From Limisphaerales bacterium (lineage in GTDB: Bacteria; Verrucomicrobiota; Verrucomicrobiia; Limisphaerales; JAJOIW01), in NCBI GenBank assembly GCA_965657355.1, contig CBFHOE010000013.1, forward strand, positions 65,294 to 76,330: 11,037 bases of DNA, given 5' to 3'. The stretch's first letter is position 1. Each line of letters starts with the position of its first letter. A program made the translations under genes and the position numbers. Below, piece after piece: positions 1 to 7,611 of the stretch. The notes under the pieces are model-generated. The model was given only the letters and a program-made list of their open reading frames with translations. It ran no database searches and was not told where the DNA came from.

Positions 1-978
1 CTGCATCCATTCTGGGACAATTTCAATCGGCCACCAGCAGCCTCCAAGCGAAGCTAAAAGAATCGAAAGGGTCACACAAAAACCTACAGCTTTTTCTGGA
101 TCGGAAAGAATGCTTCCCAAATACAAACCAAGACAAGAGGCGAATAAGGCATATACTTGGAGGATAATAATAACTCCTAGAAAGTTTTTATTCAGAGAAA
201 CCTTAAAAATGAATTTTCCGGCAAGGAGAAATACAATAAGAAAACTAGCACCGAGCAAAAATCTACCGATAATTTTCCCCGTAATAATTTCCCATTTTTG
301 TATAGAGGAAGCTCCCAATCTTTTGAGGATTCCATTTCTTCTTTCAAGGCTTAGACCAGTCGCACTAAAAATCAGAAGGTTCATGGTAAGGAACATGATG
401 GCATTACCTGCAAATGAATGTTCGAAACCCATTGGAATGAGGAAAACGTCGTGATTCCCACTATCGACATATTCCTGATCTCCAATAAATGATTCATTGT
501 AAATCTCATCAAGATCAAATGGTTCTTCTAAATTATTTAATTTGTTCAGCGCAGCAACCGAATTAAATCGGAATATAGCTCGATTAAGTCGTCCATTGAG
601 GAGAATTTCCCACCGCCCACCGACACCAGGCTTCAATTTCAAATCCAGTTTACTTTGACGACTATTGAGGATGTTTTCGGAAAATTTTTGAGGGATTGTC
701 AGATGAGCATCAGCATCGTTCCAACTTGGTGATTTGGCTATTCTTAAACCATTTTTTTCAAAAGTATTAACAAAAGATTTGGAAAGTTTTCCCTCATCAT
801 TGCTAATAACCCAAACAAGAGGGTCCTGCTGTCGATTTGGCTTATCACCTTTACCTTCCGTAAGGATTCCCGTGAAAACGGTAAACATCAAAGGAGCTCC
901 GAAAAGCCAAAACAATGACGTTTTATTCTTCAAAAATACCCTTAGGTCAAGTATGGCGATCTGGATGGTCTTATTCAT
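1..978 (-). CDS. ABC-2 type transporter permease (3' end truncated by window edge)
   Basis: Not in the ORF track; translated by hand. ATG at 978 overlaps the upstream permease stop (ATGA, 975-978) and I found no stop down to base 1 (326 codons). N-terminus MNKTIQIAILDLRVFLKNKTSLFWLFGAPLMFTVFTG (first TM helix), a soluble loop, then ERRNGILKRLGASSIQKWEIITGK, several hydrophobic helices, and LGGCWWPIEIVPEWMQ, all typical of ABC-2 permeases. Confidence 0.93.
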   Translation of the reverse strand, partial: MNKTIQIAILDLRVFLKNKTSLFWLFGAPLMFTVFTGILTEGKGDKPNRQQDPLVWVISNDEGKLSKSFVNTFEKNGLRIAKSPSWNDADAHLTIPQKFSENILNSRQSKLDLKLKPGVGGRWEILLNGRLNRAIFRFNSVAALNKLNNLEEPFDLDEIYNESFIGDQEYVDSGNHDVFLIPMGFEHSFAGNAIMFLTMNLLIFSATGLSLERRNGILKRLGASSIQKWEIITGKIIGRFLLGASFLIVFLLAGKFIFKVSLNKNFLGVIIILQVYALFASCLGLYLGSILSDPEKAVGFCVTLSILLASLGGCWWPIEIVPEWMQ

Positions 979-2285
979 TGGGCAAATTTATAATGAGTGA
1001 TTCGGCGCTGAATTATTACAGCAGAAAACCAAATGAGTGAGACGCCGGTCACTAGGAGCTGCACGACTGCCTGAAACACGCTATATTCACTGCCTATCCC
1101 TTGAGTTGAATGAATCGCCGAAACATACCAAAAGTTGGGGAGGAAGGGGGTAACGTAATTCAAAAGGAATCCAGGCAAAGTATGAGCAGAGAATATACTC
1201 CCGCCGGCAAATGCCATGAAGAAGATAAAAAAGTTACTCCAAAGTTGAGTTCTATTTTCATATCCACATACGGCGACGAAAAAGAATCCTACACCAGAAA
1301 CCAAAATCGAATATGAGCAAGATAAAAGACTAATAGTCAAAGGGGATACCCAATGTATACCGAATATCAAAGCGGCTGATCCGTATAAAAATAATGTGGA
1401 AAGGGAAATAAAACAAAAAGAGAAGATAACTTTGGAGAGAACCAATGGCATCATACTTGTGGATCTTGCCATATATCTGTATAAATTTTTTGTATCGGCT
1501 TCTCTAAAAAGATCTCGCGCCGATGACTCGGCTCCAAAAAAAAGAAAAAAGCTCGTCATCATAGGGAGAACGATCGCAAATATGGAACTCCCATCAGTTT
1601 CAGACTCAGCGCCAACTAAACCAACCTTACTATCTTCCCGGTTTTTACTCGCTTTATCAAAAAGTGAATACCCAGCATTGAGAGAAATTAAAGGCTCGAG
1701 GAAAATTTTCTCGTAAGCTTTCAGTTTGTCTTCTGCTGATAGCAAGAATCGACTGGCTGTCAGAATATCTATTCTATCCTTTTGTCTGAAATCTTTGACG
1801 ATTTCACGGAGTTCATTCTTTATAGGAGATCTCAAGATGTCCACGACCTGAATGCCTGTGAGAATGAGGTCTTCAGCCACGTGAGGCAAAATAGATTGAG
1901 TTGGGTTTTTTATTAATCTCACGCGATCCAGTCGTTCCCCAGAAATGAGACTTTCGGAATATCCATCAGGAATAATTAGCATGGCGTTGTGCTTATTCTT
2001 CAAAAAAGTCTCATACCCTACCTCCTTATCGAGAAAATCAATTTCTACTCGGCTACCTGAATTATCTGAATTGACTATTTGTTCGAGGAGATTGCCGATA
2101 AACGATTGGTCTTCATCGACGATCAATAACCTTAATGTCGGCGCTTTTTCTCCACTTCTACCGCCGAATGCAGCCCCCATGATAAATGTCACTAACAATG
2201 GAAGAACAAAAAGGATAATCCAAGCGACAGGATTTCTAATAATGCGCATCCAATCTTTTTCGAGTAGCGTAAAAACTATTCTCAT
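975..2285 (-). CDS. ABC-2 type transporter permease with large extracytoplasmic domain
   Basis: 436 aa. N-terminal KDWMRIIRNPVAWIILFVLPL TM, IVDEDQS and IIPDGYS loop motifs, C-terminal multi-TM block with FAGGSIF and PFLPNFW. Start ATG overlaps the second of two tandem TAA stops after the ATPase (TAATAATG). Confidence 0.93.
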   Translation of the reverse strand: MRIVFTLLEKDWMRIIRNPVAWIILFVLPLLVTFIMGAAFGGRSGEKAPTLRLLIVDEDQSFIGNLLEQIVNSDNSGSRVEIDFLDKEVGYETFLKNKHNAMLIIPDGYSESLISGERLDRVRLIKNPTQSILPHVAEDLILTGIQVVDILRSPIKNELREIVKDFRQKDRIDILTASRFLLSAEDKLKAYEKIFLEPLISLNAGYSLFDKASKNREDSKVGLVGAESETDGSSIFAIVLPMMTSFFLFFGAESSARDLFREADTKNLYRYMARSTSMMPLVLSKVIFSFCFISLSTLFLYGSAALIFGIHWVSPLTISLLSCSYSILVSGVGFFFVAVCGYENRTQLWSNFFIFFMAFAGGSIFSAHTLPGFLLNYVTPFLPNFWYVSAIHSTQGIGSEYSVFQAVVQLLVTGVSLIWFSAVIIQRRITHYKFAQ

Positions 2286-2287
2286 TA

Positions 2288-3277
2288 TTAGTCCCTTAAA
2301 CTCTTTCCCGTTAATTCTAAAAAAATGTCATGAAATCCAGGCCTATTAAAATTCACACTTTTAATTTGCAGTTTTTGAGTAAAAAGGGAATGCACACTCT
2401 CTTCTGCACCCAATTCATTTTTTGGTAACAAAGAAAGACTATCAGATGTCTGCGACAGTATTTCAAAATTGGATTTAATACTCTGAATTTCCGAATCTGA
2501 TAGATTCTCAAAATCTCCTGTGACATTGATTGTCCGTGAATCACCGGCTGGTGATAACAATTCATGAAGAGGAGCTGATTTGATAATCCTTCCATCATCA
2601 ATGATGGCCACTGTATCACATAAACGCTCAGCCTCGTCTAAATAATGGGTGGTGTACAAGATAGACCTGTCGTCTCCCACCCATTCTTTCATCCAGGCAA
2701 TCATTTTCTCACGCGCTTGGGGGTCCACACCAACAGTAGGCTCGTCAAGCAATAGAAGTTTGGGATCATGCATCAATGCACAACCAATATTCATTCTGCG
2801 CTTCATACCGCCAGAGAAAGATTTAACCCTGTCCTGACCACGATCACCCAATTCAAACTGATCCAAGATGTCGGATGCCTTTGCCCTCGCTTCCCCGTTT
2901 GTCAGGCCAGCCAACTTACCCCAGAAAATTAGATTTTCTGTAGCCTTTAAATCTTCGTATAAGGCCAGCTCTTGAGGAACTACCCCAAGAAGTTTTCGGG
3001 CCTCTAGCGAATCGGAAGAAAGGTCTTTACCGAATATTTTTACGGCTCCTTTATTAGGCTTAAGCAACCCTGAACAAATTGAAATTGCCGTAGTTTTCCC
3101 TGCCCCATTTGGCCCTAACAAACCAAAAATTTCACCAGCTGTGATTGAAAATGAGACGTCAATGAGTGCCGGGTAAGAACCATATAGTTTCGTCACCCTC
3201 TCAAATTTTAGAACGCTTCTTTCCATCACACCAATTGTGCATACCCCGTATTTCCTTGAAAAGTTATTTATCTCCAT
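2288..3277 (-). CDS. ABC transporter ATP-binding protein (DrrA/LnrL-like exporter ATPase)
   Basis: Walker A GPNGAGKTT, Q-loop VPQE, signature FSGGMKRR, Walker B LLLLDE, H-loop TTH, C-terminal DIFLELTGKSLRD tail typical of this subfamily. Start is uncertain: GTG 3286 (ORF track), ATG 3277 (preceded by SD-like AGGTGA) or ATG 3226 (MERSVLKF, closest to the usual domain start). Confidence 0.95.
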   Translation of the reverse strand: MEINNFSRKYGVCTIGVMERSVLKFERVTKLYGSYPALIDVSFSITAGEIFGLLGPNGAGKTTAISICSGLLKPNKGAVKIFGKDLSSDSLEARKLLGVVPQELALYEDLKATENLIFWGKLAGLTNGEARAKASDILDQFELGDRGQDRVKSFSGGMKRRMNIGCALMHDPKLLLLDEPTVGVDPQAREKMIAWMKEWVGDDRSILYTTHYLDEAERLCDTVAIIDDGRIIKSAPLHELLSPAGDSRTINVTGDFENLSDSEIQSIKSNFEILSQTSDSLSLLPKNELGAEESVHSLFTQKLQIKSVNFNRPGFHDIFLELTGKSLRD

Positions 3278-3743
3278 CAATCTCACCTACTTTCCCCAGC
3301 AATTTAGATCAAGCTGCGCATCTCAAAGCTTCCTGCCTCTGCTCATTTAATTTTAATTTACCTTTTTTGAGCATCGTTCAATTGATTTAATTTTTTAAAC
3401 CAAAAGAAAAAAGGAAGTATTGAAGCATGGTGGGGGTTACTTCTTTGGTTTTCTCCCGAGCGAAAAAGCCTCCGTTACCGCAACTAAGTCTTTAGCACTT
3501 TATGATGTGGGGACGGATTTCGTATTGGGATGAAATAAGGCAACACACAAAACAGATCACCGAACTAGCAACTGGTCAAAAAGAGGGGCTATGGAAAATA
3601 CTAAGCTGGGAACTGTTTAGGAGGCTTTCCATAAACTTGCAAACGAATTCTGCTTATCGTTGCAGAGCATATTAGATGAAAATAAAGACCGAACATATTC
3701 TATTAAAAAGATAAACCACGACTTACAAAAAGACTTTCAGCAG

Positions 3744-3759
3744 GATAAAACCTTTTATC
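3744..3759. repeat. 7-2-7 inverted repeat GATAAAA-cc-TTTTATC
   Basis: Read directly from sequence; shape fits a dimeric transcription-factor site, no regulator identified. Confidence 0.4.
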
Positions 3760-3962
3760 TATGTCGAAATGAAATACCCGATATTATTTGTTTAAACATT
3801 GTATCACCTCTTATTCTATGGCCTGAAACCAGAAAGGTAAATGCATAACATATATTAAAAAGACTTTGACATGCATATATATTTTTCAAGCCTAATCGAA
3901 AAATTAATAATAAAAAAAGAATATAAAAATCAATATTGTTGAACACTTAAATTATTTATGAG

Positions 3963-3978
3963 TCAAAAAATTTTTTGA
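3963..3978. repeat. Perfect 16-bp palindrome TCAAAAAATTTTTTGA
   Basis: Read directly from sequence; function unknown, low complexity. Confidence 0.5.
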
Positions 3979-4176
3979 AGCCGAATGCTTGTTTTAAATA
4001 ATTACAGGCAGGCCCTTTGACCAAATACAGATATAGAAGTGCGGAAATCTTTCATCATTTTGAAAAAATAAAACCGTAGAGTTGATCTATCTATTTTATT
4101 TTATTCATATTTTTGATTATTAATTTTAATGGATAATTATCTTTAATTTATACAGGAAATATTCATATAACACGAA

Positions 4177-7100
4177 ATGTCAATTGGCATATTACTTCGA
4201 CACAAAACATCCTACAGATACGATAGAAAAATCCAGCTTGGGGCACAAACTATCAGGCTGAGACCAGCTCCAAATTGTAGGACACCCATCTTGGGATATT
4301 CGTTGAGCATAAAGCCAGAAACCCACTATATCAATTGGCAACAGGATCCTTTCAGTAATTTTGGGGCCCGGGTTAATTTTCGAGAGAAGACCGAGATATT
4401 TGAAGTTGTGGTCCAACTCACGGCCAAGATGGATGTGATAAATCCTTTTGATTTTTTTCTTGAGGAATGTGCAAATTATTACCCATTCGAATACACTTTT
4501 GAACAGAAGCAAAGCCTCAAGCCATATCTGGAAAAGTCACATTACGGAAAGCTTTTTGAGAAATTTGTAAAATCCATAAGCCGGAAAAAGAGAAAGACCG
4601 TTGATTACCTGGTGGACCTCAATTCGATACTGAAAAGCGAGGTAAACTATTTAATACGAATGGAACCAGGGGTGCAAACCCCTGAAGAGACATTGGAAAA
4701 AAAATGTGGTTCCTGTCGGGATTCGGCGTGGCTGCTAGCCGAGGTTCTTCGTCACTTGGGATTGGCTTCCCGTTTCGTTTCTGGATACCTCATTCAATTA
4801 AAACCTGACGTGAAAAGCTTAGATGGACCTGCGGGTGCCTCCGAAGACTTCACCGACCTTCATGCATGGACCGAGGTGTTTTTACCTGGCGCAGGATGGG
4901 TAGGTTTAGATCCCACTTCTGGATTATTTGCCGGCGAAGGTCACATTCCATTAGCTTGCACGCCAAAACCTGGACACGCAGCACCAATTGACGGGTCACT
5001 TGAAAAGTGTGAGGTAGAATTTGATTTCGAAATGTCGGTCTCTCGAGTTAAAGAAACCCCGAGGGTTACTTTACCATACACTGATGAAGCTTGGTCAAAG
5101 GTTTTGTCATTGGGGACAGAAATCGATGAAGAACTGGAAAAGCAAAATGTCCATCTAACCATGGGTGGAGAACCTACTTTTGTCAGTGTTGAAAATTATG
5201 ACGAGCCGGAATGGACATCTGAGGCACTAGGTGAAGAGAAATTAGAGAAATCCGAGCAATTGATGAATCGTCTTTTCCAACATTATGGCAAGGGAGGATT
5301 TCTGCATTATGGCCAAGGCAAATGGTATCCTGGAGAGAGTCTACCTCGTTGGGCTCTAGGGTGTTATTGGAGGAAGGATGAGGAGCCAATTTGGAGCAAT
5401 CCAGAGTTACTTAGTTCCTATTCTGGAACGACTAATGTTAAGCCGGAACACGTCGACACTTTCATCAAAACCCTTGCTGACAAGCTATCGGTTAAGAAAG
5501 AAAAAATCTTACCTGCTTACGAGGACGCATTTTATTATCTGTGGAAGGAAAGGCGATTACCAGTCAACGTCGATCCATTCGACAGCAAACTTAAAAATAA
5601 AGAGGAGCGAGATCGCCTCTCTCAAATTTTTGAGCAGGGTTTAGATAACATCACTGGATATGTTCTTCCACTCGAAAGAGCCACCCTGGATGAAAAACCT
5701 ATTTGGGTCTCTGGAGATTGGGTCACTCGAGGAGAGAAGATGTATCTGTTACCAGGTGATTCGCCAATGGGACTGAGATTGCCGTTAGACTCTATTCCTT
5801 GGGCGGTTAAGGAAAGCATTCCAAACTACTCGGATCCAGCCTTCTGGGAAGACCTCCCCGAACTTCCACCATTTAAGGATATTGCCAACCAATATTACAA
5901 GAGGTCGGAGGCATACTCTCCACATAAGGAGATGCCATCTCCCTGGCTGGAATCATGGAAGAATTTCCGACACCAAAAAGGGCCGAAGCCAAGCAATAGA
6001 ATTTTAAGATCAGCTTCTTCTGTTCACCCAGACACAGTGCCAGGACCCAACCAATCTGCCGATTGGCTCGTGAGAACTGCACTGTGCATTGAACACAGGG
6101 ATAAGCATCTCAATCTATTTATGCCCCCGGTTTCATGCACGGAAGACTATATAGATCTTTTGACGGCAATTGAGAAAACAGCAGACCAACTTGAAATCCC
6201 TGTAAGAATCGAGGGATACACACCTCCAAATGATTCTAGGATTCAGAATTTCAAAATCACTCCAGATCCAGGTGTTATAGAAGTGAATATCCACCCTTCT
6301 AAATCATGGAGCGAGTTAGTCGAAAAAACAGATTTCCTCTATGAGTCAGCACGACAATGCAAATTAGGGACAGAAAGATTCGATCTTGATGGAAGGCATA
6401 CGGGGACTGGCGGAGGAAACCACATCATTATTGGTGGAGAAACGCCCTTAAAAAGCCCGCTGTTGAGGCACCCGCAACTCATCCCAAGTCTTATTAAATA
6501 TTGGTTAAACCACCCTTCTCTATCCTATCTCTTTTCTGGCGCATTTGTAGGGCCGACATCCCAGGCCCCAAGGGTAGACGAAGCAAGGAATGATGCCCTG
6601 TATGAATTAGAAATCGCTTTCAAAGAAATTGACAATTTTGAAAAAGAGATCCTGCAAAAACCATGGCTAATTGACAGGATTCTGAGGAATTTGCTTATTG
6701 ATGTAACCGGGAATACTCATCGTGCGGAATTTTGTATAGATAAGCTGTACCCGCCGGATAGTTTATCTCAAAGACTAGGCTTGTTAGAATTCCGGGCTTT
6801 TGAAATGCCTCCACATGAGAGGATGAGTCTGGTCCAACAACTTCTAATCAGAGGTTTGGTATCACAGTTTTGGAAAGAACCTTACTCAAATCCTAGATTA
6901 TCCAGGTGGAACACTCAGTTGCATGACAAATGGATGTTACCGCATTTCATATCCCGAGACCTGGAGGAGGTTTGTCAGGAGATGAATTTCTGGAATATGA
7001 ATTTTGAGTACGATTGGTTTTTACCTCATATAGAATTTAAATTTCCTAAAATCGGATCTCTTCAGTATGGAGACATAGAACTGGAGTTGAGATCGGCAAT

Positions 7101-7605
7101 TGAACCTTGGAATGTCATGGGAGAAGAGGCAGCAAATGCCGGGACTGTCAGGTATGTTGATTCCTCTGTCGAAAGATTACAAATTAAAACCAAAGGACTA
7201 AATGGAGATCGATATAAAGTATTGTGCCATGACAAAATTGTGCCATTGAACAAAACTGAAATCGAGGGGGAATACGTTTCTGGTCTGAGATACAGGGCAT
7301 GGCAACCACCTCACTGCCTTCACCCGACAATTCCGGTGAATACACCTTTGGTATTTAAACTTTATGATACCTGGTCCAAGAAGGTTGTTAAGTCGTGTGC
7401 TTACAGCGTTGACCATCCGGGGGGATTGAATCCCAGCTACTTCCCTGTGAATGCTTTTGAAGCTGAGAGCAGAAGAGGAATGAGGTTTACTACGCATACA
7501 TCGAATGATGCATTACCTCATGATATAGATGCTGTATCATCAATGATATCACCAGAATTTCCATACACCTTAGATTTAAGAAATCCAAATAAAGTTATTC
7601 GTTAA
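4177..7605 (+). CDS. Transglutaminase-like domain + DUF2126 (putative COOH-NH2 amidoligase) fusion protein
   Basis: 1142 aa. N-terminal bacterial transglutaminase N-domain (HKTSYRYD...IRLRPAP); intact triad GSCRD (Cys180), DLHAW (His229), GLDPT (Asp245). From about aa 295 the DUF2126 motifs TMGGEPTF, GKWYPGESLPRW, DPGVIEVN, TGGGNH, GPTSQAPRVDE, GNTHRAEFCIDK, EFRAFEMPPH, HPGG, FPYTLDLR. Same architecture and size class as M. tuberculosis Rv2566. Confidence 0.95.
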   Translation: MSIGILLRHKTSYRYDRKIQLGAQTIRLRPAPNCRTPILGYSLSIKPETHYINWQQDPFSNFGARVNFREKTEIFEVVVQLTAKMDVINPFDFFLEECANYYPFEYTFEQKQSLKPYLEKSHYGKLFEKFVKSISRKKRKTVDYLVDLNSILKSEVNYLIRMEPGVQTPEETLEKKCGSCRDSAWLLAEVLRHLGLASRFVSGYLIQLKPDVKSLDGPAGASEDFTDLHAWTEVFLPGAGWVGLDPTSGLFAGEGHIPLACTPKPGHAAPIDGSLEKCEVEFDFEMSVSRVKETPRVTLPYTDEAWSKVLSLGTEIDEELEKQNVHLTMGGEPTFVSVENYDEPEWTSEALGEEKLEKSEQLMNRLFQHYGKGGFLHYGQGKWYPGESLPRWALGCYWRKDEEPIWSNPELLSSYSGTTNVKPEHVDTFIKTLADKLSVKKEKILPAYEDAFYYLWKERRLPVNVDPFDSKLKNKEERDRLSQIFEQGLDNITGYVLPLERATLDEKPIWVSGDWVTRGEKMYLLPGDSPMGLRLPLDSIPWAVKESIPNYSDPAFWEDLPELPPFKDIANQYYKRSEAYSPHKEMPSPWLESWKNFRHQKGPKPSNRILRSASSVHPDTVPGPNQSADWLVRTALCIEHRDKHLNLFMPPVSCTEDYIDLLTAIEKTADQLEIPVRIEGYTPPNDSRIQNFKITPDPGVIEVNIHPSKSWSELVEKTDFLYESARQCKLGTERFDLDGRHTGTGGGNHIIIGGETPLKSPLLRHPQLIPSLIKYWLNHPSLSYLFSGAFVGPTSQAPRVDEARNDALYELEIAFKEIDNFEKEILQKPWLIDRILRNLLIDVTGNTHRAEFCIDKLYPPDSLSQRLGLLEFRAFEMPPHERMSLVQQLLIRGLVSQFWKEPYSNPRLSRWNTQLHDKWMLPHFISRDLEEVCQEMNFWNMNFEYDWFLPHIEFKFPKIGSLQYGDIELELRSAIEPWNVMGEEAANAGTVRYVDSSVERLQIKTKGLNGDRYKVLCHDKIVPLNKTEIEGEYVSGLRYRAWQPPHCLHPTIPVNTPLVFKLYDTWSKKVVKSCAYSVDHPGGLNPSYFPVNAFEAESRRGMRFTTHTSNDALPHDIDAVSSMISPEFPYTLDLRNPNKVIR

Positions 7606-7611
7606 TAGAAG

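Larger units (their letters stand above)
3287..4176. promoter_or_regulatory. Divergent intergenic/promoter region between ABC exporter and peptide-ligase operons
   Basis: Both operons point away from this ~890 bp stretch; no convincing CDS; strongly AT-rich from about 3840 to 4176; contains several inverted repeats. Exact promoters cannot be fixed from sequence. Confidence 0.7.

Noticed and set aside
110..2837. Plus-strand ORFs 110-454, 734-1000, 1110-1316, 1396-1716, 1945-2349, 2649-2837 and minus ORF 2353-2619
   Set aside because: Antisense or alternate-frame shadows of the well-supported ABC transporter genes; no recognisable motifs.
3166..3390. 74 aa plus-strand ORF
   Set aside because: Overlaps the ATPase 5' end in antisense; no SD or family features.
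3508..3528. WGRISYW resemblance to the cytochrome b WGQMSFW motif
   Set aside because: Seven-residue similarity only, with no flanking transmembrane sequence; chance.
3866..3895. Perfect -35 hexamer TTGACA at 3866-3871
   Set aside because: No acceptable -10 hexamer 16-18 bp downstream.
3755..3946. 63 aa hydrophobic minus-strand ORF
   Set aside because: Phe/Ile/Leu richness is explained by AT-rich DNA; no SD or recognisable motif.
4132..4141. GATAATTATC as a Fur box
   Set aside because: Half-sites overlap rather than following the 7-1-7 TGATAATnATTATCA spacing.
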